In this document: positions 9,915 through 21,056 of the stretch, one piece after another
Numbering within the stretch: position 1 is the stretch's first letter
Layout: the number at the start of each line of letters is the position of its first letter
NCBI RefSeq assembly: GCF_006345805.1
Contig: NW_021834578.1
Location: 1-45,286 of the forward strand
Direction of reading: 5' to 3'
Length of the DNA stretch: 45,286 bases
Source: Octopus sinensis
Taxonomy: Eukaryota
The notes under the pieces: generated by a model
Databases searched by the model: none
Seen by the model: only the letters and a program-made list of their open reading frames with translations
Told to the model about the DNA's origin: nothing
Made by a program: the position numbers and the translations under genes

Positions 9915-12900
9915 GTTGTTGACGAACGACACAGACCTCTTTGTGGCTGGTGATTTCAATGGACATGTTGGACAACGTGCAGGGGGCTTCCATGGCATAC
10001 ATGGAGGCTATAGCTTTGGTTCCCGCAATGAGAAGGGAACCGGACTGCTGGAGTTCTGCGATGCAAATGATCTTATGGTTTGCAATACCAACATCAGGAA
10101 ACCTGCCTGTCACCTAGTCACCTATCGTTCTGGCAGAGACACCAGCCAAATTGACTATATCCTCACCAGAAAAAGGGAAAGAGGGCTGCTTATAAATGCC
10201 AAAACCTTCCCAGGTGAAGAATGCACCCCTCAACATAGATTAGTAGTTAGTGACTTCAGGATCGGGGCTGAATGGATGCCCAGAACACGACCAGCCTGGA
10301 GGAGAAGGGTCTGGAAACTTAAAGATCCTGCAAATGGGCAGAGATTTAGAAACGTATTACTCGAAGCCTTTGATGAAATAGAAGGGGATATAGCATCACA
10401 TAATGTGGAAGACAACTGGAGGTTTCTATGGGACAACCTGCTGAGAGCCACTGACCAGATCTGTGGCTGGTGCAAAGTCCCCTCTCGACCCAAGGTAACG
10501 TGGTGGTGGAACAATGTGGTTGACAGGGCTATTAGACAAAAGAAACAGGCTTGGAAGGACTGGAAGAACGGAGGTAGCAGGGAATTGTATCAGACTGCCA
10601 AAAGGGAAGCTAGGAGACAGGTTTATTTAGCCAGATAAGGAAAAATTTGCCAATGTTCTGTGCTGTGAGGACGAAAGACTTGAGGTATTTCGTGTTGCAA
10701 GACAGTGTGTGAGAGAGAATCATGATGTGGTAGGAGAAAAATGAGTTCGCATGGATGATGGTTCACTTACACTAAATGAGGATGCAAAGAGAGAGGTTTG
10801 GAGACACAACTATGAAAGGTTGCTGAATAAAGAAAATGAATGGGATAAAGAGAGTCTGCCGAATGTCGACCCAACAGAGGGACCAGCAATCCGAGTTAAC
10901 AGTTCCTTAGTAGTTAAGGCAATTACAAGCATGAAAACAGGGAAAGCCCCAGGCCCATCAGGAATTACTGCAGAGATGCTCAAAATATTTGGTAGTGTCG
11001 GCTATAGCCTAGTCACCCGTGTAGTTAACCAGGTGATACACGAAGGAGTCATACCCAATGACTGGTGTAGCAGCATAATAGTCAACTGCTACAAAGGTAA
11101 AGGTGACGCCCTAGATACAAATAACTACAGGGGTATAAAGCTGTTGGATCAGGTAATGAAGGTTACGGAGAGGGTCATAGCCCAACTAATTAGAGAGAGA
11201 GTTAGTTTGGATGAGATGCAGTTTGGGTTGGTGCCAGGGAAAAGTACCACTGATGCTATATTCCTGGTAAGACAGCTGCAGGAGAAATACCTGGCCAAAG
11301 ATAAGCCCCCGTACCTGGCTTTTGTTGACATGGAGAAAGCCTTCGACAGGGTCCCCCGATCTCTTATCTGGTGGTCAATGAGGAAACTAGGGATAGATGA
11401 ATGGTTAGTGAGAGCTGTGCAAGCCATGTACAAGGATGCTGTCAGTAAGGTGAGGGTTGGCAATGAGTACAGTGAAGAATTCCGGGTAGAGGTTGGGGTC
11501 CACCAAGGTTCAGTCCTCGGCCCCCTCCTATTTATCATAGATTTCCAGGCAATAATGGAGGAATTCAAGACAGGATGCCCCTGGGAGCTCCTCTATGCTG
11601 ATGACCTTGCTTTAATTGCTGAGTCACTATCAGAACTGGAGGAGAAGTTTCAGGTGTGGAAACAAGGATTAGAACCGAAGGGCCTTAGAATCAACCTAGC
11701 TAAAACCAAAGTCCTAATAAGTAGGAAGGTAGACCAATCACAAACGCCTTCAGGTAGATGGCCCTGCTCGATCTGTAAAAAAGGTGTAGGTAGAAACTCT
11801 ATAAGGTGCACCAAGTGTAAGCTATGGACACATAAGAGGTGCAGCAATATCAAAGGAAGGCTAACTAGGAAAATAGTTTTTGTATGTGGCAGATGCTCAG
11901 GAGCAATAAACACTGAAAATGTGCAGAGACCAACTTCTACCACGTTCCAGGGAGACAAACTAGAAGTAGTTGATAGCTTCCGCTACCTAGGTGACCAAGT
12001 CAGTAGTGGGGGTGGGTGTGTTGAAAGTGTAACTGCTAGAGTAAGAATAGCTTGGGCAAAGTTTAGAGAGCTCTTACCCCTTACTGGTGACAAAAGTTTA
12101 GAGAGCTCTTACCCCTTACTGGTGACAAAAGGCCTGTCGCTCAGAGTAAAAGGCAGACTGTATGATGCATGTGTACGTACAGCCATGCTACATGGTAGTG
12201 AAACATGGGCCGTGACTGCTGAGGATATGCGTAAGCTCGCAAGAAATGAAGCCAGTATGCTCCGATGGATGTGTAATGTCAGTGTTCATAATCGACAGAG
12301 TGTAAGTACCTTGAGAGAAAAGTTGGACCTAAGAAGCATCAGTTGTGGTGTGCAAGAGAGACGTTTGCGCTGGTATGGTCATGTGGCGAGAATGGATGAA
12401 GATAGTTGTGTGCAAAAGTGCTACACCCTAGCGGTTGAGGAAACCTGTGGAAGAGGTAGACCCAGGAAAACCTGGGACGAGGTGGTGAAGCACGAGCTTC
12501 GAACTTTAGGTCTCACCAAGGAAATGATTAGAGACCGAGACCTATGGAAGTATGCTGTGCGTGAGAAGACCCGGCAAGACTAGTGAGGCCATAACCCATG
12601 GCCTCTACCTGGTATGTAGCCAGTCGACTTATACATACCTTTCTTTCTTGGGACACAAAACTCCACTTGTGAAGACCCGTTGAGGCAAGTGAAAATCAAA
12701 ATCAAAAAATCAAAATCAAATCAGATATCAGAAAGCAGAACCAAAATCGAAGTCGATCAACATCAATGGAAATTGCAGCTGTGATACCAGTGCTGGTGAC
12801 AATTAAGCGAACCATCCGATTGTGGCCGTTGCCAGCACCGCCCTGACTGGCCTCCGTGCCGATGACACGTAAAAAGCACCATCTGTTCGTGGCTGTTGCC

Positions 12901-13613
12901 AGCACCGCCCCAACTGGCCTCCGTGCTGGTGACACGTAAAAGCATCATCCGTTCGTGGCCGTTGCCAGCACCGCCCCAACTGGCCTCCGTGCTGGTGACA
13001 CGTAAAAAGCACCATCCGTTCGTGGCCGTTGCCAGCGCCGCCCCAACTGGCCTCTGTGCTGGTGGCACGTAAAAAGCACCATCCGTTCGTGGCTGTTGCC
13101 AGCCTCGCCTGGCCCCCGTCCCGGTGGCACGTAAAAAGCACCATCCATTCATGGCTGTTGCCAGCGCCGCCCCAACTGGCCTCCGTGCCAGTGGCACGTA
13201 AAAAGCACCATCTGTTCATGTCCGTTGCCTGCTTCACCTGGCCCCCGTGCGGGTGGCACGTAAAAAGCACCATCCGTTCGTGGCTGTTGCCAGCCTTGCC
13301 TGGCCCCCGTGCCGGTGGCACGTAAAAGCATCATCCATTCATGGCCGTTGCCAGCCTCGCCTGGCCCCTGTGCCGGTGGCACGTAAAAAGCACCATCTGT
13401 CCGTGGCTGTCTACCAGCTCTGTCTGACACCTGTGCGGGTGGCACGTAAAAAGCACCCACTACACTCTCGGAGTTGTTGGCGTTAGGAAGGGCATCCAGC
13501 TGTAGAAACATTGCCAGATCAGACTGGGCCTGATGCAGCCTTCTGGCTTCACAGACCCCAGTTGACCCATCCAACCCATGCTAGCATGGAAAACGGACGC
13601 TAAACGATGATGA

Positions 13614-13617
<4 letters not shown>
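9915..13617 (+). mobile_element. Long RTE-clade LINE (partial APE + RT, disrupted)
   Basis: APE motifs GDFNGH and SQIDYIL (ORF to 10638), a 610-aa RT ORF at 10751-12583, ~11 3'UTR repeat units and a (GAT)n tail. Deletion and stop at 10636-10745. Confidence 0.96.
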
Positions 13618-13664
<47 letters not shown>

Positions 13665-13666
13665 AA

Positions 13667-14390
13667 CATGGCTATATGTTCAAGAGGCTTGCTTCTCAAA
13701 CATGTGGTCTTGTCTAGTGTTCAGTCTCACTGAGTAGCACCTTGAGCAAGTGTCCCCTGCTATAGCCAAACCCTTGTGAGTGGAATTGATGTATGGAAAC
13801 TGATAGAAGCCTGCTGTATATATGTGTGACATTTTTCATGCCTGGCCATGTGTAAACATTATCCTGCTTGGAGTGGTTGGATGTTAGGAAGGGCATAGAA
13901 GCCAAGCCAAAACCAAACTGGAGCCTGGTACAGCTCTGCAGCTTACCAGTTCCAGTCAAACCATCCAACCCATGCCAGCATGGAAAGTGGACATTAAATG
14001 ACAATGATACGATGATAATATATATATATTTATCCCATCATTAGCATCTTCATCGTCATTTAATGTCCACTTTTCCATGCTTGCATTGGTTAGACAGAAT
14101 TTGTTGGGGCAGATCTTCTATGGCTCGATACCTTTCCTGTTATCAAGCATGATGTTTACCCATGGCCAGGCGTATGTTTTATGGACGTTGGTTCACAACC
14201 ATCACATGCTGTCACGTACACAAATACATACATATATACAGCAGGCTACTTTCAGTTTCCATATATCAAATCCATTCACAAGGGTTTAGCTATAGTAGGA
14301 GATACTTACTCAAGGTGCTGCACAGTGGGACTAAACCCTAGATAAGACCACATGTTTAGGAAGCAAGATTCTTAACCATGTAGCCATGTT
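13667..14390. mobile_element. Cluster of old SINE fragments and RTE 3' tails in both orientations
   Basis: SINE pieces at ~13667-13815 (+) and ~14210-14385 (-). RTE tails at ~13868-14015 (+) and ~14045-14150 (-). Confidence 0.6.
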
Positions 14391-14397
14391 TGCACGC

Positions 14398-14445
<48 letters not shown>

Positions 14446-14447
14446 TA

Positions 14448-14680
14448 TCTGTAAAATAATATGTGACAATTATTCGGCAGCCAAGATAAAACTCTGAGTT
14501 TCGGATGCCAAGGTGGAAATCTTTGGAGATGGTGTTGTGGATTTCCACCTCAGCATCCGAAACTCAGAGTTTCATCTTGGCTGCCGAATAATTGTCACAT
14601 ATTATTTTACAGATAAATTTCCTCTATTTACATAATGTTGAGGTCTCTGTCTTTCTTTTGTTATCTTACCATTTTTACCA
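14448..14680. repeat. Fold-back Penelope pLTR remnant
   Basis: ~74-bp arms at 14448-14521 and 14540-14613 plus a tail. Same family as 31180-31256, which lies downstream of a GIY-YIG ORF. Retains the hammerhead 3' half catccGAAActcagagtt. Confidence 0.75.
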
Positions 14681-14820
14681 ATATATATATATATATATAT
14701 ACGGTTTAAGTAATTGAGATTCAAGTGAGTTCTAATGAATTCACATGAATATGGTCCTTAACTAGGATGCACCGGAAATCTATATGGTGTTAACCATACG
14801 ACAAAGTGGGGTGTTTACAA

Positions 14821-14890
14821 ATAGGAAAAAAGCAACAAGAATGGATCAATTTACCGATATATTGATCCATTCTTGCTGCTTTTTTCCTAT
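14821..14890. repeat. 30-bp-arm hairpin next to (TA)n
   Basis: ataggaaaaaagcaacaagaatggatcaat pairs with attgatccattcttgctgcttttttcctat. Confidence 0.8.
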
Positions 14891-14904
14891 ATATATATAT
14901 ATAA

Positions 14905-15344
14905 CCAAATCAAAATAGATGAACATCAATGGATTTTGTATCTTTGTGGTACCAGTGCCGATGGCACACAAGAAAACCATCCGAACGTGGCCGTAGCCAG
15001 TACCGCATCGACTGGCCTCCGTGCTGTGGGCATGTAACAAACACCATCCGATCGTGGCTGTTCGCCAGCCTCATCTGGCACCTGTGTCGGTGGCACATAA
15101 AAAACACCATCCGAGCATGGCCGTTCGCCAACCTCGTCTGGCACCTGTGTCGGTGGCACATAAAATCACCCACTACACTCTCGGAGTGGTTGGCGTTAGG
15201 AAGGGCATCCAGCTGTAGAAACACTGCCAGATCTGACTGGCCTGGTGCAGCGTTCGGGCTCCCCAGACCCCAGTTGAACCGTCCAACCCATGCTAGCATG
15301 GTTAGCAGACGTTAAACGATGATGATGATGATGATGATGATGAT
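14905..15344 (+). mobile_element. RTE 3'UTR-only copy
   Basis: Four repeat units, the conserved ggcgttaggaagggcatccagc block and (GAT)n. Near-identical to the minus copy at 30053-30481. Confidence 0.85.
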
Positions 15345-15374
15345 ATATATATACAAAATATATATACACACATA

Positions 15375-16725
15375 AGCGGCACCCAGATATCTTCCATGGG
15401 GTGCATGAGGGACATGGAATTGGTTGCCAAAATGAGAAGTATATAAAGCTGCTGAAATTCTGTCACACAAATGACCCAATGATCTGCAACATCAGAAAGC
15501 CAACAAGTCACTTGATAACCTATAAAGCCAGATTGACTACATTCTCACAAGAAAGCAGACAAATCACAAATCCCCTAAGGTAGATAGCCCTGCTCAATCT
15601 GTAGAAAAGGCATAGGTAGAAACTGAATAAGATGTACCCAGTGTAAGCTATAGATACATAAGAGGTGCAGCAATATCAGAGGAAGTTAACTTGGAAAATA
15701 GTGTTTGTGTGTGTAAGGTGTACAGGTACAATAAACACCACAAATGCACAGAAAATAGATGCCATCAAATGCCAGGCAGGTAAGTGGAGGTGGATGCTCC
15801 GAGAGTATAGCTGTAAGAATAACAATAGGATGGGCAAAGTTCAGAGTGTTCCTATCTCTGTTAGTACCAAAGGGCCTCTCCCTCAGAGTGAAAGGCAGAC
15901 TGTATGATTGATGCCTGTGTTTGAACAGTTGTGCTACATGGCAGTAAAACACAGGCTATGACTACCAAGGACATGTGTAATCTTGAAAGAAATGAAGCAG
16001 GGTATGCTTTGCTGGATGTGCAAAGTCAGTGTGCATGTATGACAGAGTGTAAGCATCTTGAGAGAAAAGCTGGGCATAGGAGGCATCAGATGTGATGTGC
16101 AAGGGAGACAACTGCATTTATATGGTCATATGATGCATCTGGATGAGGACAACTGTGTAAAGAAGTGCCAATCTCTAACTGTGAAGGGAACCTGTGGAAG
16201 AGGTAGACCAGGAAGACATGGAATGAGGTGGTGAAGCATGGTCTTCAAATGTTGGGCTTCATGGAGATGATGACAAGTGACTGAGACCTCTGGCAATATG
16301 CTGTGTGTAAGAGGACTCGTCAGGCGAAATAAAATCATAGTTGTGGCCATGCTAGTGCCATGTAAATAACACCCAATGCATTGAGGTCATGGTCATTCAT
16401 GGCATCTGTGTATCATAGTCATGGTCATTGATTAAGTCCTGAAAATTGGTATCCAGGAATCGTTCTCATTGGCAGTGCCATGTAAATGGCACCTGTGAGT
16501 TTTCGTTACTGGTGCCATGCAAACGGCACCCATGAATTGTAGTCATGGTTGCACGTAAAAGTATCCATTACACTCCTGGAGTGGCTCATGTTGGGAAGGG
16601 CATCCAACAGTAGAAACCAAGCCAAATCAGACTGGAACTTGGTGCAGCTCTCCAGCTCATCAGTTCCAGTCAAACGGTCTAAACGATGCCAGCATGGAGA
16701 GTGGATGTTGAATGATGATGATAAT
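15375..16725 (+). mobile_element. Old, internally deleted RTE LINE
   Basis: Degenerate APE piece joined to the PHD/RT C-terminus and 3' tail. Confidence 0.8.
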
Positions 16726-17217
16726 GAACATTTTTGACATATTTTGCTTTCTTATTATTTTGGTAAAGGCAAGAAAGTTGCTGAGGTTCACAAAGAGATA
16801 TGTGAAGTTTATGGTGTTGATTGCTTAACAGAATGCAGATGTCAGAAATGGTTTTAAAAATTCCATTCTGGAGATTTTTCACTCAAAGGTAACCAATGTT
16901 TTGGTCAACCTACAGAAGTTGATGATGACCGTATCAAAGCTATAATTTAATTTAATTGCCATATAACTGTGTGAGAGATTGCAGAGAGGTTAAATGTATC
17001 ATACATAACAATTGAAAATCATTTAAAATGTCTCGGACTTGTTAAGAAGCTTGACATTTGGGTTCCACAGAAATTGAATGAGATTCACTCAACACAATGA
17101 ATCAACATTTGCGATATGTATTTAAAACACAATGAAATCGACCTGTTTTTGAAACAAATCATCACAGGTGATGAAAAATGGATTGTCTACAATAAGATCA
17201 ATCGAAAACAATCATGG
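16726..17217 (+). mobile_element. Mariner (DD34D) transposase pseudogene, N-terminal half
   Basis: EICEVYG...W..F.SGDFSL...KLDIWVP.KL...IITGDEKWIVY, with in-frame stops. Confidence 0.88.
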
Positions 17218-18222
17218 CAAGCTGTGATGGTGGCTTTGGAGGCTAAACATGGTGATTTAGAAATTTCTTGTTTTCTGAAAGTTGCAAGATCTTTTGTCTA
17301 CAAGATTTGGTGTGAGTTAGAGGAAGCGTATTACCTGTATCAAAACATAAAAAAAACATTCCACACATTCTGATTCTATCAGACACCTGAATTTATTCAA
17401 GAAGTTAAGCAAAACATTGAAAACAATCCAGGAAAATCAATGAGGTCAATCGCAAAAAAAATAATCAGAAATGTTGTGCATGAAGGTATCTGATACAAAT
17501 CTTACCTGATGAGGAGAGGTCAATTAATGTCAGAAAAATCAAAAGAAAAGTCCTTAATCAGAATCAAAAGATTTTTGAACAAACTTAAATATCCATCAGA
17601 AGATGGTATGATTTGGTTTTTCTCAGATGAGAAAAACTTTGACCAGGACCAGAAAACTAACAGATGACAGGTGGCTATGTACAGACACTTCTGAGGTTCC
17701 AAGAGTAATGCATACAAAATTTCCTGCAAGTGTTATGTTTTTGGATGCTGTTAACAATGAAGGACATGTGAGGCCTCCTCACTTTTTTTCTACAAGGCCT
17801 TAGGATGAATACTACTGTATATATTGAGGTTCTGGATAAAGTTGTTAAGCTTTGGATCAACAGTGTTTACAATGGAAGGCCTTATATCTCTAAAGATCTC
17901 AATCCACTGGATTACTGTGTATGGAGCATTGTCGAGAAAAATGTCAATGAACACCCCCATAGCTCTAAAGATTCTTTGAAAGCCACCATAGTTCGAGTCG
18001 TCCAATATGAACAAGGACAATTTAATCTGAGATTGTAAATGATTTCGACCCCGTGTAGAGGCAGTTATTGATGCTTATGGTGGTTTTACTGAATGAAATT
18101 ATTAAAATGATAATTTAGATTTATGTTTATGTTATTTTTAAAAAATACAGTTTTTTTCTGTTATAAAAAATAAGTGTTTTTAAAAAGCATAAATCTGCCC
18201 TCAAATACCATCTGCACTCTGT
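17215..18222 (+). mobile_element. Tc1/mariner-superfamily maT (DD37D-like) transposase relic
   Basis: NPGKSMRSIA, FFSDEKNFDQDQK, VMHTKFPASVM, PPHFF.QGLR and DLNPLDYCVWSIVE, with a deletion around the second catalytic Asp. Confidence 0.8.
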
Positions 18223-18240
18223 GTGTGTTTGTGTAATGTG

Positions 18241-18275
<35 letters not shown>

Positions 18276-18281
18276 ATGCAC

Positions 18282-18412
18282 AGGCATGGTTGCGTAAAAG
18301 AGGCTTACTTTCTGACCACTGGTTGCAGGTACAGTCCTGCTATGTGACAGCCTTAGATTGATCAAAGTCTTGTGAGGAGATTTGATACACAGAAGCTGAA
18401 AGTAGCCCATCA
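18282..18412 (+). mobile_element. Degenerate SINE fragment
   Basis: caggcatggttg...aaagtcttgtgaggagatttgatacacagaagctgaaag. Confidence 0.5.
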
Positions 18413-18554
18413 TATGTGCATATATATGTGTGTATGTGTGTGTTCACGTGTGCGTGGGTCTTTTGTTTTGTGTTGTGTGATAACTGTAAATGATTGTCAC
18501 TATCACAGAAGTAGTGTCATTCATTTCCAATATTCTGCAAGAACATGATAGACA

Positions 18555-20027
18555 AGTTCTTGCAGAATATTGGTCTCGGTTTCTTGCCATCTGAAGATCC
18601 GTCACCACTTCACCCCACATCTTCCTGAGTCTGCCCCTTCCACAATTAGAAATCAGCACTTCTTTATGCAGCTATCCACAGCGCAGTCTTCCTTCTTGCA
18701 CACTACAACTGATGCCCCTGAAACCTAGTTTTTCTCTTAAATCCTTTACTAACATTATCCATCCAGCAGAGCATGCTGGCTTCAATCCTTTCAACCCTTC
18801 TCATGTCCTCTGCAGTCACAGCCCATGTTTCACTGCCAGGTAACATAGCTGTATGTACACAGGCATAATACAATCTGCCTTTCACATTCTTAGTATTTAT
18901 TGTACCTGCACATTTGCCACACACAAAGACTACTTTCATTGTTAACCTTCCTGTGACACCAATACACCTCTTACGTGTCCAAAGCTTGCACCGAGTACAT
19001 ATGGAGTTTTTACCAACACCCTTCTTACATATCAAGCAAAGCCATTTTTCTGAAGGGACTTGTGATTTGTCTAAGGCCTTTAGATTCCAGACTTTGCTTC
19101 CATACCTGAAATTTCCTCTCTAGTTTGGGTAGTAATTCAGTTATAAAAACAAGATCATCAGCATAGAGAAGCTCCCAAGGGATCTTAAATCCCTCTGTTA
19201 TTGCTTGGTGGATTATGATAAACAAAAGGGGGACGAGAACTGATCTTTGGTGAACTCCTACTAAATTCATTGCTATACTCATTACCAACCTTCACCTTAC
19301 TGACATCATTCTGTACATGGATTGTACACTCATCTATCCCTAGCTTTTGCATTGACCAGTAGATAAGGGAGCAGGGGACCCTAACAAAGGTTTTCTATAT
19401 GTCAACAAAAGCCAAATACAGGTTTATTTTTGGCTACATGTTTCTCCTACCAGGTACAAAACCAAACTGCATCTCATCGAAGCTAACTCTCTTATTAGTT
19501 GAACCTAATTAGTTGAACTATGACCATCTCTGTAACTTTCATCATCTGGTCCACCAATTTGATACCTCTGTAATTGTTTCTATCTAAGGTGTCGCCTTTA
19601 CCATTGTAGCAGTTGCTGCTACACCAGCCATTGGGTATGACTCCATTGTCGATAACCTGATTAACTCTACAGATAACTAGGCCATATCAGCAGTGATTTC
19701 TGAAGGGCTAGGGGCTTTCTTTGCTTTCATATCTTCAATTGCTTTATCAGTCAAGCTACTGTCTATTTGGATAGCTGGTTCCTCTGTTGGATCCACATTG
19801 GACAGACTCCTCTTCTCACATGTGTTCTCAACATTTAACAGCCTCACATAGTGGAATCTCCAAGCCTCTTTCTTTGCAGAATAACTAACTGCAAATGCAC
19901 TCTTCTCTCCTGCAGCATCACAATTCTCTCTGATACACTGTCTTGCAATCCAAAACACCTCAAGTCCCTGGTCCTCATGCTGCAGACCACCAGCAGACTT
20001 CTTTCTTTCTACTTCTCCTGTGGCTAA
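18555..20027 (-). mobile_element. Old degenerate RTE LINE
   Basis: ORF pieces NVDPTEEPAI, PWELLYADDL, CKKGVGKNSIC and GRGR. Confidence 0.85.
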
Positions 20028-20102
20028 ATCTACCTAGTATATATTACATATACAGACACATACATATATGCACAGAATAAACAAGCAGACAACGATACAA
20101 AC

Positions 20103-20285
20103 CTGTCACCATAGTCGTCAACTACGACGTCTTTGGAAGTCCCCGTAATACCATCATGGTGCTGAAACAGTGCAAGGTTCCGTCGAGCATTAACCAGACT
20201 CTGCATGAACTCTATGAGAGGGAATTTGCTGCCATCATGTATCTTAAGGTATCGACTGACCAGGAAGAAAAGGATCTCAGCACCC
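20103..20285 (-). CDS. MAN2A1: alpha-mannosidase II coding exon C
   Basis: (R)GAEILFFLVSRYLKIHDGSKFPLIEFMQSLVNARRNLALFQHHDGITGTSKDVVVDDYGD(R), containing the Zn-ligand motif QHHDxITGT. Acceptor tatacag, donor GTTTGT, 183 nt, phase 2 to 2. Confidence 0.94.
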
Positions 20286-20436
20286 CTGTATAACAGACAC
20301 AATACAAGATATAAGACACACGCCTGACACCTGACATTTCATAAAAATGCATTCCATGAATGTAAGCAAAATCAAGGCAACTGAAAAGACAATGTCAGAG
20401 CACAGACCACCTACAAATGCTATAAAGACACTACAT

Positions 20437-20699
20437 CAGGGGTTCTCAACCAGGGTCCAGATAAAACCAGAGGCCATGCAGCAAAATAGTAAATTAGGGA
20501 TCTACAATAGTATTTTGAAGGCCCCTGAAAGAATTTTGCTTTAGATGTATGTATTGGTAAGTATTGCAGAAACAGTTAGGTTTCTTTCTCTAACATTTTA
20601 AGTAGTTCAACCGACAAAACTTTGAATGGCTTTGGGGGTCCACCAGAATGAAATAGTAATCAAAGGTGTTCACAGGTAAGAAATGGTTGAGAACTCTTA
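20437..20699. mobile_element. hAT-type MITE
   Basis: TIRs caggggttctcaacc and ggttgagaactctta, with a degenerate 8-bp TSD (cactacat / ctctacac). Confidence 0.65.
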
Positions 20700-21056
20700 C
20701 TCTACACAGTCACTTGAACTGCTAGAAATAGCAGTCAAATCTTCCTCAAATCACACCCTTTGATCTTAAGTATATCTAAATGGTAGCTAAATATGCTAGA
20801 AATAGCAGCCAATCTCCCTGAAATTACAACCTACAGTCTGAATGAAATTCATGGAGTGTTTTTTTTATTTCTACTTTTTAGAATGTTGGTAATTTAGGAA
20901 TAGAGAGTAAGAGAGAATGTTCTTAGTGTTTTCATACAGACAAAAAAAGCCATTTCCAGGGTAATTCTAGCTTATGAAAATGTTGAAGCTGCTAATAGTT
21001 TCAACATCATCTCCAAATTATTTTTCAATATATCGTTAGAGGTAAAGATATATATA

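Noticed and set aside
10751-12583. Intact active LINE or a bacterial retron/group II RT
   Set aside because: APE-RT continuity is broken at 10636-10745 and the 5' end is missing. The motifs and (GAT)n tail are RTE-type non-LTR.
12785-13460. CRISPR-like repeat/spacer appearance
   Set aside because: The intervening sequences are mutually homologous, the array is part of a LINE 3'UTR, there are no cas genes and the context is eukaryotic.
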